Source: Vitrella brassicaformis CCMP3155
Taxonomy: Eukaryota; Protista; Chromerida
Assembly: GCA_001179505.1 (NCBI GenBank)
Contig: CDMY01000531.1
Coordinates: 287,130-351,129, forward strand
DNA length: 64,000 nt
Reading direction: 5' to 3'
In this document: piece by piece, positions 22,994 to 40,542 of the stretch
Numbering within the stretch: position 1 is the first letter of the stretch
Layout: each line of letters starts with the position of its first letter
Translations under genes and position numbers: made by a program
Notes under the pieces: generated by a model
What the model saw: only the letters and a program-made list of their open reading frames with translations
What the model was told of the DNA's origin: nothing
Database searches by the model: none

Positions 22994-23721
22994 GCAGGGC
23001 AGGAGAGCTTGGGGTGGGTTGGGGGCGACAGAGAGATGAGTGCACTGCACGATGCATGTATCAATTCGATCAGGACAGTGAGTGCAGACAGGCCGTGAGC
23101 GTGCGTGAGTGAGTGATGCGTGTGGGTGATGGTTTTTTGGGCGTCCCGCGTGCAAAAGACACACATGGGGCCCTCCCCTCCTCTCCCCCTTCTGCGTGTA
23201 ATGGCGTGATGTGCCTGTGCTGCTGCAATGAGGTATGAGATTTGAGGTGTGAGATGGATGGGTGGCGGATGGCTTTGTTGGGAGTTGGTAGTTGCTGTGT
23301 GGGCCAGCCGATGGTTCAACCACTCTCATGCCCTGCGTGTGTGAAGACATACATGCGCCAGCATGCAGCTGCTGGGCACCTACATGCCTCCGTGTGTCAG
23401 ATCAGACAGACTCTTGAGAGCTGGGCTGGAGCGGCTGGACTAGAGAGGGATGGGCGTCTCGGTGTGTCGGGCAAGATTGCCCTGATTGCGTTGGATTGCC
23501 GTGCCCGCGGTCATTTATCGACTCGTTCACACCTCACTCAGCACACGCAGCAGGTGTCTATCTGCCTGTCTGCCAAGTCAACATTGACCTCATCTCGTTG
23601 GTCCACAGATGGCCCTGGAAGTCTTCAGCAGCAGAAGCAGGGCTCACTAATTACTTACACACACCGATCAAGCAATCGATGTCTTGTCACTCTCACACAG
23701 CAACATCCATCCCTCACTCCA

Positions 23722-24207
23722 TCACGACTGGCTGAAGAGCTGCCTCGATATGTGCTCACGGGCACTCGCCAAGGCCTATGGTGGCACACACAGATAGACA
23801 CAGGCAGGGGTGGAGCGATTCGCGTCAGTCTGTGCGTGCAAGTGTGACGGGACTTTGGTCGCTCACCGCCTGGAATGGTTGTCCCTCCTGCGGCTCTCCC
23901 TCGAGCATGTTGCTGCGCTGTGTGATGATAGCAGGGTCGGTCCCGAAGATGATCCTACACACACACACACACAGACACACAGGGAGCCGTGTGTGCCGCG
24001 TCGTTCTGTCCATCCCGCTGACTGACCCGCCATCCGTGCATTCGTCGAGCATGAGGAACAGCGAGTCCAGGTGCTCAAGCAGAGACCGACGCCACACCTG
24101 GTTCCTGAGGCAGATGAGATAAGGAAGGTATGGGAGGTGAGATGACACACACACGTCACACGTCACACGTCAGCCACAGGCAGCACACCAAACCAAATAC
24201 ACAGAGC

Positions 24208-24240
<33 letters not shown>

Positions 24241-24488
24241 AGCCACCCACCAACCTACCCAGTGATAGTGCAGATGCACTGGTAGATGGCGTTCATGAGC
24301 TCCAGCAGCATCAGCTCGTTCTCATCCCCCTCGCCCACCAGGTACACCACCACATCGTTCGAAGACCGGAACAGAGCCAAATACTCGCCGACCATCATGA
24401 TCTCAACTGCACCATCCCAACACGCACACACACACACGCAGCGAGTGAAGCGCTGGCCCATCTGTATCTCTCTCTATATATATCTCCA

Positions 24489-24523
<35 letters not shown>

Positions 24524-24717
24524 ATGTGTGTGTGTGCCTGCCTCCCTCGCCCACCGTCATTGCGCCCGGTTAGCCTGTTTGACTTCTCTGAGAGCTGTTT
24601 CTCGAACTTTTGCTGCGCTGCAAAGTCCTTGAAGTCGTCGTGCTCCCCAAAGTACTTGACGGCAATCCGCCCCCCGTCGCTGTCCAGCACCACTATCGCA
24701 GCCACCTGGTTGTGCAT
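23722..24717 (-). CDS. COPZ: Coatomer subunit zeta
   Basis: AIVVLDSDGGRIAVKY, DENELMLLEL, LEHLDSLFLMLDE, GIIFGTDP, ALASAREHISRQLF*. The exact start is uncertain. Confidence 0.9.
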
Positions 24718-24973
24718 CTTGCAATCGCTCACTCACTCACAGCACCAACATCCACAAGCAGTGACGCAAAACAGTAGGCAGAGTGAGCGCTTGTCTGAGA
24801 GCTCTTGGCAGGCCTTGGCAGGCGCTGTTTTGGTTGAAACAGATCTTCAAGTTCTTCTGAGCTCGCAAGTGGATCGCCGAGAGTCCACCAAAGATCTGTT
24901 GAGTGTCAGGCAGGGCTGCTGCGGCGCTGTCGTCCCTGACCTGCATCTTTCTCCTCAGCATCGAATCGCAGCC

Positions 24974-26573
24974 ATGTCGGTGCTTTCTCTCCTGATCTGT
25001 CTGGTGTGTCTGGTTGCGCCAAGTCTGGCGCAGGTGGGCAGCCCCATCGGTGTGACCCCCGCGGAGGCATCGAGATTCATATGGAGTGAGTCAGAGAGAG
25101 GCAGCACATGCGACATGCGTGTTTGTATGTTGTGTTGTGTTGTGTGTGTTGTGTTGTGTGTGCAGCCGTCGCGCCGTATGAGGACATGGAGATCTCGCTG
25201 GGCCAGAGCCTGTCCTTCCGCTACCCGGCATTCCACGATGTCGCACTCGCCGATGATGAAGAAGGTAAGGTGCCCAGCACCCACAACACGCACATCACAC
25301 ACGCACGCCAGGTTTCACACACAAGCCGTTGATGTCTCTCTTACTGTGTGTCTGTACGTCTGTCTGTTATCCCACTGGCTGCAGCGTACACGAGCTGTGC
25401 GAAGGACAAGATGACGGTGACGGGTGCGATCGACAAGGGCATGCCGGAGCCGTTCGTCTTCACGCCAGAGGAGGTCGGCACCTACTACATCGTGTGCTCC
25501 GTCGCCGACCACTGCGAACTGGGGCAGAGGTTCGTCCTCAACGGTGAGTATGTCGGCAACACAACAACACACGCAGTACACGCATCACTGTTGTGTGTAT
25601 GTGTTTTTGTCGCAGTGACTGAGGCGTCCCCCCAGGCGGACACGGAGCCCATCCAGGTGCTGGTGGCGCAACAGCCGACATGGGCGGTTGGTGTGAAGTA
25701 CGACGACATCACTGCCAGGCAGGACACGGTGCTCAACTTCGTCAGCAACATACACCACGACGTCGTCCTTATCAACAATCGAGAGGCCTTCGAGGTGCGT
25801 GCGCCCCTGTATGTGTGTTGTGGGCAGGAGATGAATGTGTGCGTGTGCGTGTGCGTGTGTGTGCGTGTGTGTGTGTGTGTCCAGAACTGTACCATCGGCG
25901 AGGGCAACATCACCGTGGAGTACTCAGCACAGGACTTCGCCAACAACCCCGTCTTCAACTGGACTGTGGGGCCATGCAAAGAATACTACCTTGCTTGCTC
26001 GGTCGGCGCACACACACAGGCGACACTGTCTAGACAGGCAGAGACGCTCTGGTGCGTGTCTGTGTCTGTGTGTGCAGATCGGTAACCAGGGCTGCCAGGC
26101 GGGGGGCCACTGCGGGGGCGGGCAGAAGCTCAAAGGCAAGCACCACACACACATGGAAGACAGTGATGTCTATATGCCCTGACCAAGCTCTTGGCTGTTG
26201 CAGTGATCGTTGAGGACGGCACAGACGACTGCTACCCCCAATCGAACCCTGAAGCCGGTATAGGTGCACACCACCACTCTGCACACACACTGACAACCGT
26301 CCATCTGTGCCCTTCTGCGTGTCCACCATGTCAGCGGCTGTGTGTTTCGGCGGCGAGCCACTGTCCCTAGAGGACAGCAGCACCGACGAGATCGCCACTG
26401 AGGCCACTGAGGCGCCTGCAGATGGCGTGCAGGCAGAGAGTGAGGGCACCGCCGCAATGTCATCTGTCGAGGCAGATGAGGGCGAGGCGACCAGCGGTGC
26501 CTTTGCTGCCGCGCCCACCTTCGTCACTATCATCGTCGGGGCGGTCGCCTTTCTGACACTGACATCCATCTGA
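24974..26573 (+). CDS. Secreted two-domain phytocyanin/cupredoxin with a probable GPI signal
   Basis: Signal peptide. Domain 1: HDV...YYIVCSVADHCELGQ. Domain 2: HDV...YYLACSVGNQGCQAGGHCGGGQ. Acidic Ser/Thr/Ala stalk and hydrophobic C-terminus. Confidence 0.8.
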
Positions 26574-27928
26574 AGGCTGTGCGTGCCGTCTTGGAACATG
26601 TGTTGTCGAACGGAGAGCGCGATGCGCGGGGCGGGTGGGGCGCTCTCGCGTGCATGCGAGGGAGCGTGTGTGTGACGGGTGGATGGATGGATGGATGGCG
26701 ATTTTGGTAGCGCTCCTGTTTGTGCTTTGCTGCTGTGTGTCGATGAATGTGGGTGCGTACACGTAGGTGGATATATGTGTGTGTGTGTGGGTACGTGTAC
26801 CCGTCTCTTCTGAACAGAAGAGTGGGCGGGGCCCGGGCAAAGCATTAATGCAAGGGACTTTTATATATCGGGATGTGTGTCCTTCATGCTGGCGGGTGTA
26901 TGTGCGATAAGGGGGGAGGGAGGGAGGAGGGTATCGCTACTCGTTTCTTACGCTCACACGCAGGCACACAACCCTGTGTGGACGCACACACGCACACACA
27001 TTTATAGTGCATCCACACACGGCGTATCAGACAGAAGCTTTGTCGCAATCGGCAGCAGACAGCTGGGCGGCGACCTGTGGCAGTGACAGCTTCTGGCGCG
27101 TCACCCCAGAAGCGTGTCACTGCCCCAGCTTCCCGACCATTTGTCTGCAGCTGAGACAGGGACAGTTGAAAGCTGAAATGGCGCTCTGGCCAGACAATGG
27201 ACAGAATTCAGCTGCTGCGCCTGCTCGTCTGTTGTCTGGTTGATGGCTGTATGGCTTGCTCTCTGTGGTCTAGCTCTCGTCTCTGGTGCTGTCACCTAAC
27301 CTCTCAAGCTCACAACTGTTCCTTTGAGGCCCCGTGGCGGCGAAGGTCACGAGAGAGAGACACAGAGAGAGGCCGAGGAAGCCCAAGCTTCGTCCATCGG
27401 TCGGTGTCCATCAGTCAGATCAGATGATACGGGCCATGTGAGTGGGTGAGTGGGTTGTCCTGATGCATCGATGGAGGCACTTTCTCTCCTTGCTGCTTGT
27501 ATGCATCGGCCTGTGTCTGTCTGTCTGTCCGTCTGGTGTGCATCAAGGGTGGGTCTGCGATGCTGACTCTGTCTAGAGCCACGTCTCTGAGATCTCTCTT
27601 GACAATTGAGATCATGGTAGCGTGGCGCTGGCGAGGTGAAGCATTGCAGCCCGACCCAGCACGGCCCCATGAACGGCATGTGTATATGTGTTTGACGGAT
27701 GGATCTATGCAAGTGGACTCGTTGGATGGATGTCAGCACTCTGGGTGATGCAAAGCGCTCCTGTGTGGCAGCTTCTGTTCTTCGGGCTTCCCTCCTGAAG
27801 CTCGCATTGCGGAGGGGAGGGATCTCTAGCTGCTGCCCGCTGCAGCGGCTTGACCCGTCACCAGTCGGCTCAGCTGGGTCGCAGATTGCTTCGAAGTTCA
27901 TCGCAGAGAGACCATCTCTGACGGTGCG

Positions 27929-28830
27929 ATGAAGGTGAGTCACTTGGGTGAGTCACAGTGAATCAATATGGCTGTTGTTGCCTGCTTGTCTGTGGGTTTC
28001 AGAAGCAACCGCCATCATGGAGGTTTCCGACAAACCCGCCGCATAGGTTTCCGAAGGGCAACGGAGGATTCCAGTGAGGATGATTTGTTGTCGGGGGGCA
28101 ATTTCTGGTTGACCATGACATGACAAGAATGCTGCGCTGTTGTGTGTGTGTCGTCGTGCAGGGAATCGAGGCGGCGCAATAAGGAGAAGAGGGACTTAGA
28201 AGCCCTCAGGGAGTTTGAAGCCCTGGCATCCAGGAAGAGGACACGAAGGCAACAGGCGCTGTCAGACCGTTTGCGTGAGGTTGAGCATGAGTTGGTCTGT
28301 GCGTACCGGCCTGATGAGCCGGAGCTTCTGGACCTCAATGCGGTGGACTTGTACTTGAAGCACGAAGAAGGGTCTGACGAGCTGAGCAAGGACAGTAAGG
28401 AGGCGAAGCCCGACCCTGATCAGGTCATTTACCCATACCGCAACTTCACCTTGTCGGACGGTACACGACACACAACAGACAACCTACCGTCACTCAGCAG
28501 GTCGTCTCGTCTTCCTGTATACGCATTTTGTTCAGATCAGTCGGGTTTGAGGGTGTGTGTGGAGGCGTCCGATGCGATGCATGGCGTGACGGTGGCCGAT
28601 TTGGCCGGCTACCTCGGAGTCCAGAAGTTGCCGTGAGAAAGAGGCACCATAGACACACAGACACACAGAGTCACACACACACACACACACATACACACAC
28701 TGCAGCAGAGAGAACACACATGAGACTGGCTGCCTGGCTGCCTGTGTTGCTCGGTCGTCGCCGTAGGTATCTGGGTGTCGCGTGGTGGCAGCATCGAGGC
28801 CGCTACTCGATCTTGAACAAGTGTACATAA
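27929..28830 (+). CDS. Hypothetical protein (~190 aa)
   Basis: Five exons splice in frame by hand (MK|KQPPSW...|ESRRRNKEK...|DQSGLR...|YLGVAWWQHRGRYSILNKCT*). No family recognised. Confidence 0.5.
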
Positions 28831-30305
28831 GAGAAACAATGTGAATGACTGACAAGCAAGACCACAAGCACGAGGAAGGGCCCTTGTACATTCGACAAGG
28901 TCCTGCACATGTCTGTCGCGCTTGTGCTTTCCGCGTGTGTGCGAGGGCGGTGATCAATGACTCTTCGTAGGTCCGTTTCCCTCTGTGCTGTGGGTGATGG
29001 ATGATCCCTGTACATGCGTTTGAAGGCTACCTACCTGCTAGGTATACCTTGTTTATCTAACTGTCCGTCCGTGTGGTGATGCTTAGCTGCGTGGACGGAT
29101 TTCCCACCGACTCACAGCAGACGGGGTGTGCAGCCTGGGGGTGGTGGGGGTCTGCAATGCTACTGAGGTCCCTTTTCGAAAAGTGAGGCCAGCACGGCCC
29201 AGGGAAGTTTCCTTTGTCTGTGCGCTGATTGACCCATGAATGTGTGTGGACCCATCAACTGGCAGATTCGGTTGAAGGAGCATGACAGTTGATCAAAAGT
29301 GTCGTCTGCAGGAGTCACGTATACACGCACACACACATCCACACACATCCATCTCAACCATGGCTAGCTGACAGCGGCCTTCTGCAGGCCACCTGCCTGG
29401 GTCGGGCTTAAACTCACACGTACACACACACATCCATCCATCCATCCGTCCACACACACATGTATCTGATCTCGCCCAGCCTGCATTATCCATCAAAGTC
29501 CCCCACCCACAAATTCGGTCAGTTAAATAGGCGTGCTGTGGTACGGGAAAAGAAGCCGCTTGCAATGATGAAATGAACAGCCAGTCACACACGGGCCAGC
29601 CCGAATCCCGTAAGGTGAACCTGCTGCGGTGTGACAAGTGCAACACTGTCAACACGTGTCACCTCACGGCACCCGAATGCAGGTCACACCCCTTCTCTCA
29701 ATCATGCATCGATCGGTGTCACTCTGGCGCTCTCCACCGCTCTAAGGTCAGCCGAGGCACCCGACCGAACAATGGTAGCGAGACACACCACTGGCCCATC
29801 GACTGCCTGGATCCGCCCAAGGGCAGCATGGAACGCACCAGGTGATGAGCCGGCACAACAACAGATCTCTCTCTCTCTCTCTCTCTGTGGCTTCGTTCTT
29901 TCTGTGTGTGGTGGGCAAGAGCAAGCGTGATGCCATTCCTTCGGATAGGCAAAAAAACAGACAGACAGACAGACAGACGTCCATAAACAACAGCATCATT
30001 CCTTCACAGGCAGGCAGGCAGGCAGGCAGGGATCAACGGATGCACTGCAGCACCAGAAAGTGGCACGCACCCATGCAATGTTGCAATGCAGCACTCGTCA
30101 GGGAGTCGGTCGGTCGGCTGGCTAATGGTACACACACAAGACATTGATATCATGGACACGTCAGTCACAGGCATGCAAACACAAACGCGCTGCTGCCACA
30201 TGGCTGTGTGTGTGGATGGGCGTGGGGGCGTGTGAGATGAGGTAGAGTACATGCAGTCAGTCAGTCAGTCAGCCAGTAGGTGTGTAGTGGTATGGGCGTG
30301 TGTGT

Positions 30306-33699
<3,394 letters not shown>

Positions 33700-34160
33700 C
33701 GTGTCTTGACAAGCAAAACCGGAGTGCGGCTGCTGTCAGGCACCTCTGCGCCTGTTGTGGCGGAATGCCACAGAACCCTTTGGCGACAAAACGCGAGCTT
33801 ACTGTGCGAGCTTTTTTGACTGTCCAGCGATGTCTCCCTGGCCAGTCGGCCAGGATGAGAGGAACCTTTCTCGCGGCGCTTTGCAGGCCGACTGAGGAAG
33901 TCGGGGGGTCAATACACCCTCTAGGCGGTGTGGACTGCACTGACAGTGCGATTTGTTTGTATTCTCTTCCCCCTACCCGTGTCCAGCCGTCTACTGACGT
34001 GTATACTCTTCAACAAGCACGTGATGAACAGCGCCTGCAGACCGTTGCTCGTGACCAACCCATAAGGCCATGACAAATAATGTACTCTGCACACCGACTG
34101 TCTGCCAGCCTGTCTGCCTGTCTGTCTCCGTCCATCCATCCATCCATGTGTATGCAATGG

Positions 34161-34305
34161 TCAGAAGCCATCGAAAGTCATCCGTGGGTCGGCAGCCTTG
34201 CCCCCGCGGCCGCCCCGGCCCCTCCCGCGGCCTCTCCCCCTACCCCGCCCCCTCCCTCTCCCACGCCCCCTCCCTGATCCACGCGCACGCATCCGCCCAA
34301 ACCTG

Positions 34306-34336
<31 letters not shown>

Positions 34337-37300
34337 TGGTGGGTGCGTGTGCATGGAGGGGAGAGGGGGGGGGGAGGGTTGCTATGTGTACGTTGATTCG
34401 ACGTAGGAGTTGAGGAGGGGGTCGCACACGATGCAGGCGGTGGTCTCGCACGAGCCGTCCTTGAGGGGCGTGTTGTTCTTGTTGAAGACCACGTCGAGCA
34501 GGCTCGCGCTGCAGGAGTCGCAGCTGTCCTGAGACACCGATATCTCTGCACACACAGACAGACAGAGGCACACGACAAAGGGTGTGGTGTGTGTGTGTGT
34601 GGATGGCTATACGACTGACTGTGTGCGTTTTCGATGAGCTTGAGCTGGTAGTTGCAGACGTTGCAGTCCATCTTCCTGCAGCAAGCACCTCAGACAGGTC
34701 TGTCTTGTGCAGCTTACGGTGCCTCTCTGCGTGTGTTCGGTGCCTTCTTACCACTTAGGCTGCGAGGCGATGGATCGATCACCATGCGAAGAGTACGCAC
34801 CAACACAAAGAGGGAGGGGGTATGAAGTGAAGCCTACGCCGGCGTGTTCGTTCCTTGGCTGTTGCTCACTCACCGCTGAGTTGACGTCAAGATAGAGCGT
34901 GCCGCTGCCTGCAGCACCAAGACATAACACGTTTACCGGTCAATCAAATCGCCTCTCTCTCGTCCCATATGGCGGCTTACAGTTCTCTTGTGGGCAGTTG
35001 ATGACCCCGACGGCCGCGATGGAGTGCTTACACGTCGGGTGCATGCAGTCGACACACGACATGCCCTCTGAACGGCCACCACACACCCCACACACACCTC
35101 ATCGCATGGTGGGTGCGGGCGGGGCGGGGGGTTACACTCACTTTGGCGTGATGCGGTTGTGTCTTTGCCGAATGGTGGGTCGTTGTAGCACAGAGGACAC
35201 AGCGGATGGCTCTTGCCGCCTTCATCAACATACGCACACACACACACACACACACATCCATCCATCCATCTCTCCCCTGTTTCTACCCGTATGCATACCC
35301 TTGACAGTGAAGAGCACCAGCTCAAACTCATCGAGAGGACACTTAAGCTCCTTGTACAACTGCATGAACACACACACACACACACACGGGTGCATCAATC
35401 TGTATATGTCCGTCTGTCTGTCAGCCACCGACCTTGATGGATCCCCCCTGCGGCACGGCATAAGTGACGTTGCAGTGTCGGCAGTGCAGCCGAGTGGGCC
35501 GCTTGTCGATCAGGTGGAGGTAGCGCTTGCAGTGGCCGCACCGGCTGATGGCCTGGCCCGTCGAGGCCAGGGTGGTGAAGGTGGCCTCGAACAGACCGTC
35601 CATCAGCTCAATCTGCGCACACATCCATCCACGTGTGTGGGGGGTGGTGTGGGGCGGTGTGGGGCGGTGTGGGGAGGCAGGGAGGGAGGGGAGGTGTGCA
35701 TACGGACCTTCTTGACGTAGTATTCGAATTTCATTCTGAACATCCTCAGTGAGTGCGCCACCACCGCCTGCATGTTGGCCTTCCCTGCACACACGCAGAC
35801 AGCTCTCTCTCTCTCTCTCTCTGTCAGGGCGTGTGTGTGTGTGTGTGTGTGTTTGTGTCCGAGTAGTTTGTTTGCCTTTTGCAATGAGGTCGACGAGCGA
35901 CTCGATTGTGGCCCTGACGGTGGGCAGCACCAGCTCAGAGTCGATCATGTGATAGCCGTGCACCAGAGCCACACCCAACTTGGTCGGCTCCAGACGCCGA
36001 CTGCCCACCTGCACAAAGGTGTGTGTGGGTGTCTGTCTGTCTGTCTGTCTGTCGGTGTGTGCGTGTGTCTTCTTGCTGACCAGCTGCACGTAGTTCCTCT
36101 CACAGATGTTGTTGATGTGTGTGGGCATGGAGGCGTCCGTGCCGATGCCGTACTTCTCCATCAGACCCAGCAGCTCACTCTCGGACAAGTAGTCGGGCGG
36201 GCTGGTCTTGTGACTCTATTGCGCACACACACACACATAAAGAGCTACCACCATGTGAGTGGTGTGATGATGATGCCCCGCACCGATATGCTGACACTCG
36301 ACGGCACGATTTTGTCGCCCTTCTGGAACTTGGGCAGGGGGATGTCCTGCATCTCTCCCGACCTCTGCACACCCGTGAACCCGGGATCAATCAGACGGCG
36401 GCCTGCCCATGCACGCAGCCAACACACACACACACACACACATCCATCCATCCATCCATATCTGTGTCGTACCAGCGACGCTGAATCGCTCCCCGTTGAT
36501 GTCGAACCGCACACGAGTCCGCCAGAACTTGCAGTCGGGGCTGACGGTGGCCAAGAAGTGCCGGGTGACCAGCTCATACACACGCCACGCATCGCCCCCA
36601 CCCACATCGCCCTCCGTCGCACAACGCACTGGCGTGATCGGCGGATGGTCGCCCGCATCATGACCCTAAGAGCGACGGACGGCATCACACACGCACCGGA
36701 GACGGTCATTGTCGCTGTGCATGTGCCCGCCAGATCCCGCCAGATCTCATCATCTTACCTCTCTGGGCTTGGCGAGTCCCTTTTGCAGCAGCTCCCTGAC
36801 GTAGGCGCCCCACATGGGGTGGCTGGACTGCTCTGCCGCCGTCTTGCGGAGGTCGAAGTTGGGGGGGTACTGGTTGGTCTCTGTCCGAGGGTAGGTGATG
36901 TACCCGGATAGGTACAGTCGCTCTGCTACCTGACACACACATACACACATGACATGGGAGGTGTCTGTGTCTGTGTCTGTGTCTGTGAGACCACCCTCAG
37001 GGCTGACCTGCATGGCCTGGTGTGGTCCGATTCCGAGTCCGGACGAGGCGGCCTTGAGCAGGGCCACGGTGTTAAGCGCCGTCGGCCTCGCGCGCCGCTC
37101 CTCCTTCTCGCTGATGTCCAGCACCTCTGCTGCCGCACTGCTCTCACGCACCTGCACACACAGAGGGAGAGAGAAGGACATGTATGGGTGTTGGTCTGTC
37201 TGCTTCTGTGTGTGTGGATGGATGGATGGATGGATGCCCACGATTTGGAGGAAGGTGTTTGCGATGACTTGGTCGAAGACGCGGCCTCTTTCCCACTCTA

Positions 37301-38705
37301 AGGTCATGTCGTAGTCGCTCACCTTCAGAGAAACGTTGATCTGACGACACGTACACACACGATGCCATGTGTGTCTGTCTGCTTGTGTGTCTGTCTGGTT
37401 GTTGAAGACGTACGCAGTAGTAGGTTTCCGGCTGGAACGTCTGGATCTCGTCATATCGCTTGACGCAGAACTGCAGAGTGGGCGTCTGGCAGGGGCCATA
37501 CGACACGCAGCTGCTGTCCAGATCACCGTACTTGCCCTAAACACACACACGCACAGAGAGTGAGGAGCTGAGCATGGCCCATCCATCCATCCATCCATCC
37601 ATCCATCACCTGGAAGTACTGCGTCTGAAACCGCGTGAATGCGACGCCCACTTTGAGGTCCAACTCCTGCCGCGCATCCACGGCCTGCGCCTCGTTCTTG
37701 TTGGGCGCCACAAGGCTGCCCATCGCCTTGTGGATGTCGGGCGCAGCCAGAGACGAGAAACGCGCGCGCCACACCTGCATTGCAGTCAATACACACACCA
37801 CGATGGCTGATGTCTGTGCTTGTGTGTGGGTGTGTGTGAGAGAGAGTGTGGGCCAAGGTGCTTACATTGGTTTGGTTGCCCGATCTGACGAGGTTTGGTT
37901 CGACTGACTCTAGCACCTCAAAGCAGATGTTCTCCCCCTCTCTGTCGCAGTCGAGCCACAGCACGACGTGGTGGCAGCCGCGGGCCTCCGAGGCAAGATG
38001 CTTGGGCAGCCGGGTCTGGGGTTGTTGAATGAGTACACAGACACACACACATCAACAGACAGATGGATGATGCGATGCGTGTGTTCATCCGGGGTTTGTG
38101 ACCTTTTCGTTGGCCTCTTTCTTGATCACAGGTGCGTCGAAGAGGGTCAGCGGATCGGTGCGGTCCTGGGGGGACAGACACGTATACAGACACACACACA
38201 CAGACATTCGCCCTGAAGGAGGCGGCGTGTCTGAATCATACCCATCGTTGATACTCGGGAGGGAAGTCGGTCGTGTAGACGTGGCCCTGTCACACAACAC
38301 ACCAACACACACAAAGGACATCCATCGGCCCATCTGTGCCCATTTCGTGAGCGCAGCGTTACCGTGGTTGACGTCACCTTGAAGTGCGCCGCTGATCACA
38401 CGCACACACAGGCATGCAGACCATCACAGCGTCGCGCGTGCCATCCATCCATCCATCCACCTGTACACCCATACCTTGGCCGCGAAATGTCCCCTGGTAC
38501 TCGTGAACCGGACTCGCAGGCGAGATCTGCACCAGCCAGAATGAAATCAATCACATCAGCCGTTGGCATCATCTGAGCATACAGCTGGCTGGCTGACCGA
38601 CTGACTTACCCCTTTCCTCGAGGTCTTCTTGCCGTGTGAGAGGATGGACGCGATGGTGTCGCTGATGGACGGCTTCTCAGCCACCATCAACACACCCAAC
38701 GGCAT
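34161..38705 (-). CDS. TOP3B: DNA topoisomerase III beta
   Basis: [52 protein letters not shown], Cys clusters and a C-terminal RG repeat ending DPRMTFDGF. Confidence 0.95.
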
Positions 38706-38917
38706 CCTGCTTCTCGACGAAGATCCGGCTGCTTGCTCTCCAGATCCGCCTGTTCTGCCTCATTTCATGGCCATCTCGTGGCCTGTAGAGGAAACCGGCA
38801 TCATGTGCCCTGGGATGAATGCGAGCTAAGAATGCTGATCTCCAACATCCTGTTGAAGAAACGTGAGTAGCTCTGGCTGCACTGGGTGCTCCCCCCACTA
38901 TCGTGATGGAGGGTTTC

Positions 38918-40542
38918 ATGCGTTCGCATCCGGTTGTGCTGCTGGACGGAGGCCTGGCGACGGAGCTGGAGCGGCAGGGATATGACCTCAACCACCCGCT
39001 GTGGAGCGCACGGCTACTCACTGAGGCAAGGGAAGCATGCACAGCACAGCACGGATGGATGGACTGATAGATGAATGAGGTCAGTGACATGAACATGCTT
39101 TCTGTGCAGAATCCGGCGGCCATCCGTGACGCCCACCTTCGCTTCTTCGACGCAGGTGGGTGCGGCTGTCTGGCTGTGCGATCTGCACTGACCAGACTGT
39201 CTGCGATACACCTGCTGACATCGTCCATGTGTATGTTTCATTCAGGGGCCGACGTCGCCATTACATCGACCTACCAGGCAATGCGAGCACCTCTGATGAC
39301 GTACGTGAGTGGCATGGATGGGTGGGTGGCCCTGACTGCACGCACACCTGTCATCAGGCGTCGTTCCCAGGTTTCGCACAGCAAGGTACACACCCACGCA
39401 ATGCAATGGGCGGCTCTAGACTAGCGCGCCGTTCGCTCATTGCCTGTCTGATGTGACGTACATGTGACGTATCTGTGTCACTGACAGGTCTGAGCCCATC
39501 CGAGAGCCGAGCGCTCTTCCACAGGGCCATCGATTTGGCGGTCGAAGCGCGAGGTCTCAACGGGCAGCGGACAGGAAAGGACGCCGACAAACTGATCATC
39601 GGGTCATGTGGCCCTTACGGAGGTGAGCGACAAACAAGACAGCCATCTGGATGATGGCTGGCCCATGTCGTTGTTGCTGCTGTGTTATGTGTGTGTGTGT
39701 GTGCAGCCTATCTGGCTGACGGGGCAGAGTATCGGGGCAACTATGGCGTCGATCCTGACGTGCTTCGCGACTTCCACAGGGAGCGGCTGGCTGTGCTGTT
39801 GGAGACCGGCAAGGTCGATGGCATTGTGTTTGAGACCGTCCCTGACCGGACAGAAGCCAAGGCAAGAGCGGCGCAGTTGATTGTGTGTTTGTGGATGGAT
39901 GGATGGATGGGTGCAGGTGATTGTGTCGGGTGTGCTTCGGGAGTTCCCCGACCTGAGAGGATGTGTGTGGCTGTCCTTCAGCTGCAGGTGTGTACGTGTG
40001 TGTGAGTCGATGCGTGTGGGTACCCCCAAGAATGACGATCGTCGTCTGGCTGCGTGTGTGTTCTTCACCAGCTCTGGCAGCACCATTTGCTGCGGCGAGA
40101 GCTTCCGCGACACCGTCAATGAGATGCTCCAAGTAAGCTGCAGAACAACAGAGGCACCGCGCTGTTCCCTCCTCTGCCACATGGTCCTGTATGGCATGTT
40201 TATTTGCAGCTTGACGCCCGCGACCGTTTCCTGTGCGGCATTGGCGTCAACTGCAGCTCGCCCGACGTCATCATCCCTCTCTTGTGCGACCCCAGCCCCC
40301 TTGCCCCCTCCCACATGGGCTCTGTGCGGTTGATCGCCTACCCCAACAGTGGCGAGCAATGGGACACACACACGCACTCGTGGTGTGGCCCTCGAGGTGG
40401 TGGTGCGGGCGGGTTGGCGGATTATGTGGGTGGGTGGGTCGATGGGGGCGTGAGTGTTGTGGGCGGCTGCTGCCGGACATTTCCCGATGACATCGCACTG
40501 ATGCGGAGCCGGTTGGATGAGCGGGGGGGAGAGGGCACGTGA
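38918..40542 (+). CDS. mmuM: Homocysteine S-methyltransferase
   Basis: LLDGGLATELE, LWSARLL, TSTYQAS, GSCGPYGAYLADGAEYRG, FETVP, GVNC, YPNSGE, GGCCRT. Confidence 0.93.

Noticed and set aside
27347-27943. 198-aa minus-strand ORF and other ORFs rich in THTH/CVCV/DRQT/GWMD
   Set aside because: These are translations of microsatellites or antisense shadows with no recognisable motifs.
29563-29680. ATGATGA resembling a snoRNA C box
   Set aside because: No CTGA D box or terminal stem at a suitable distance.
34161-34290. Long RG dipeptide repeat
   Set aside because: This is the expected RGG tail of topoisomerase III beta.
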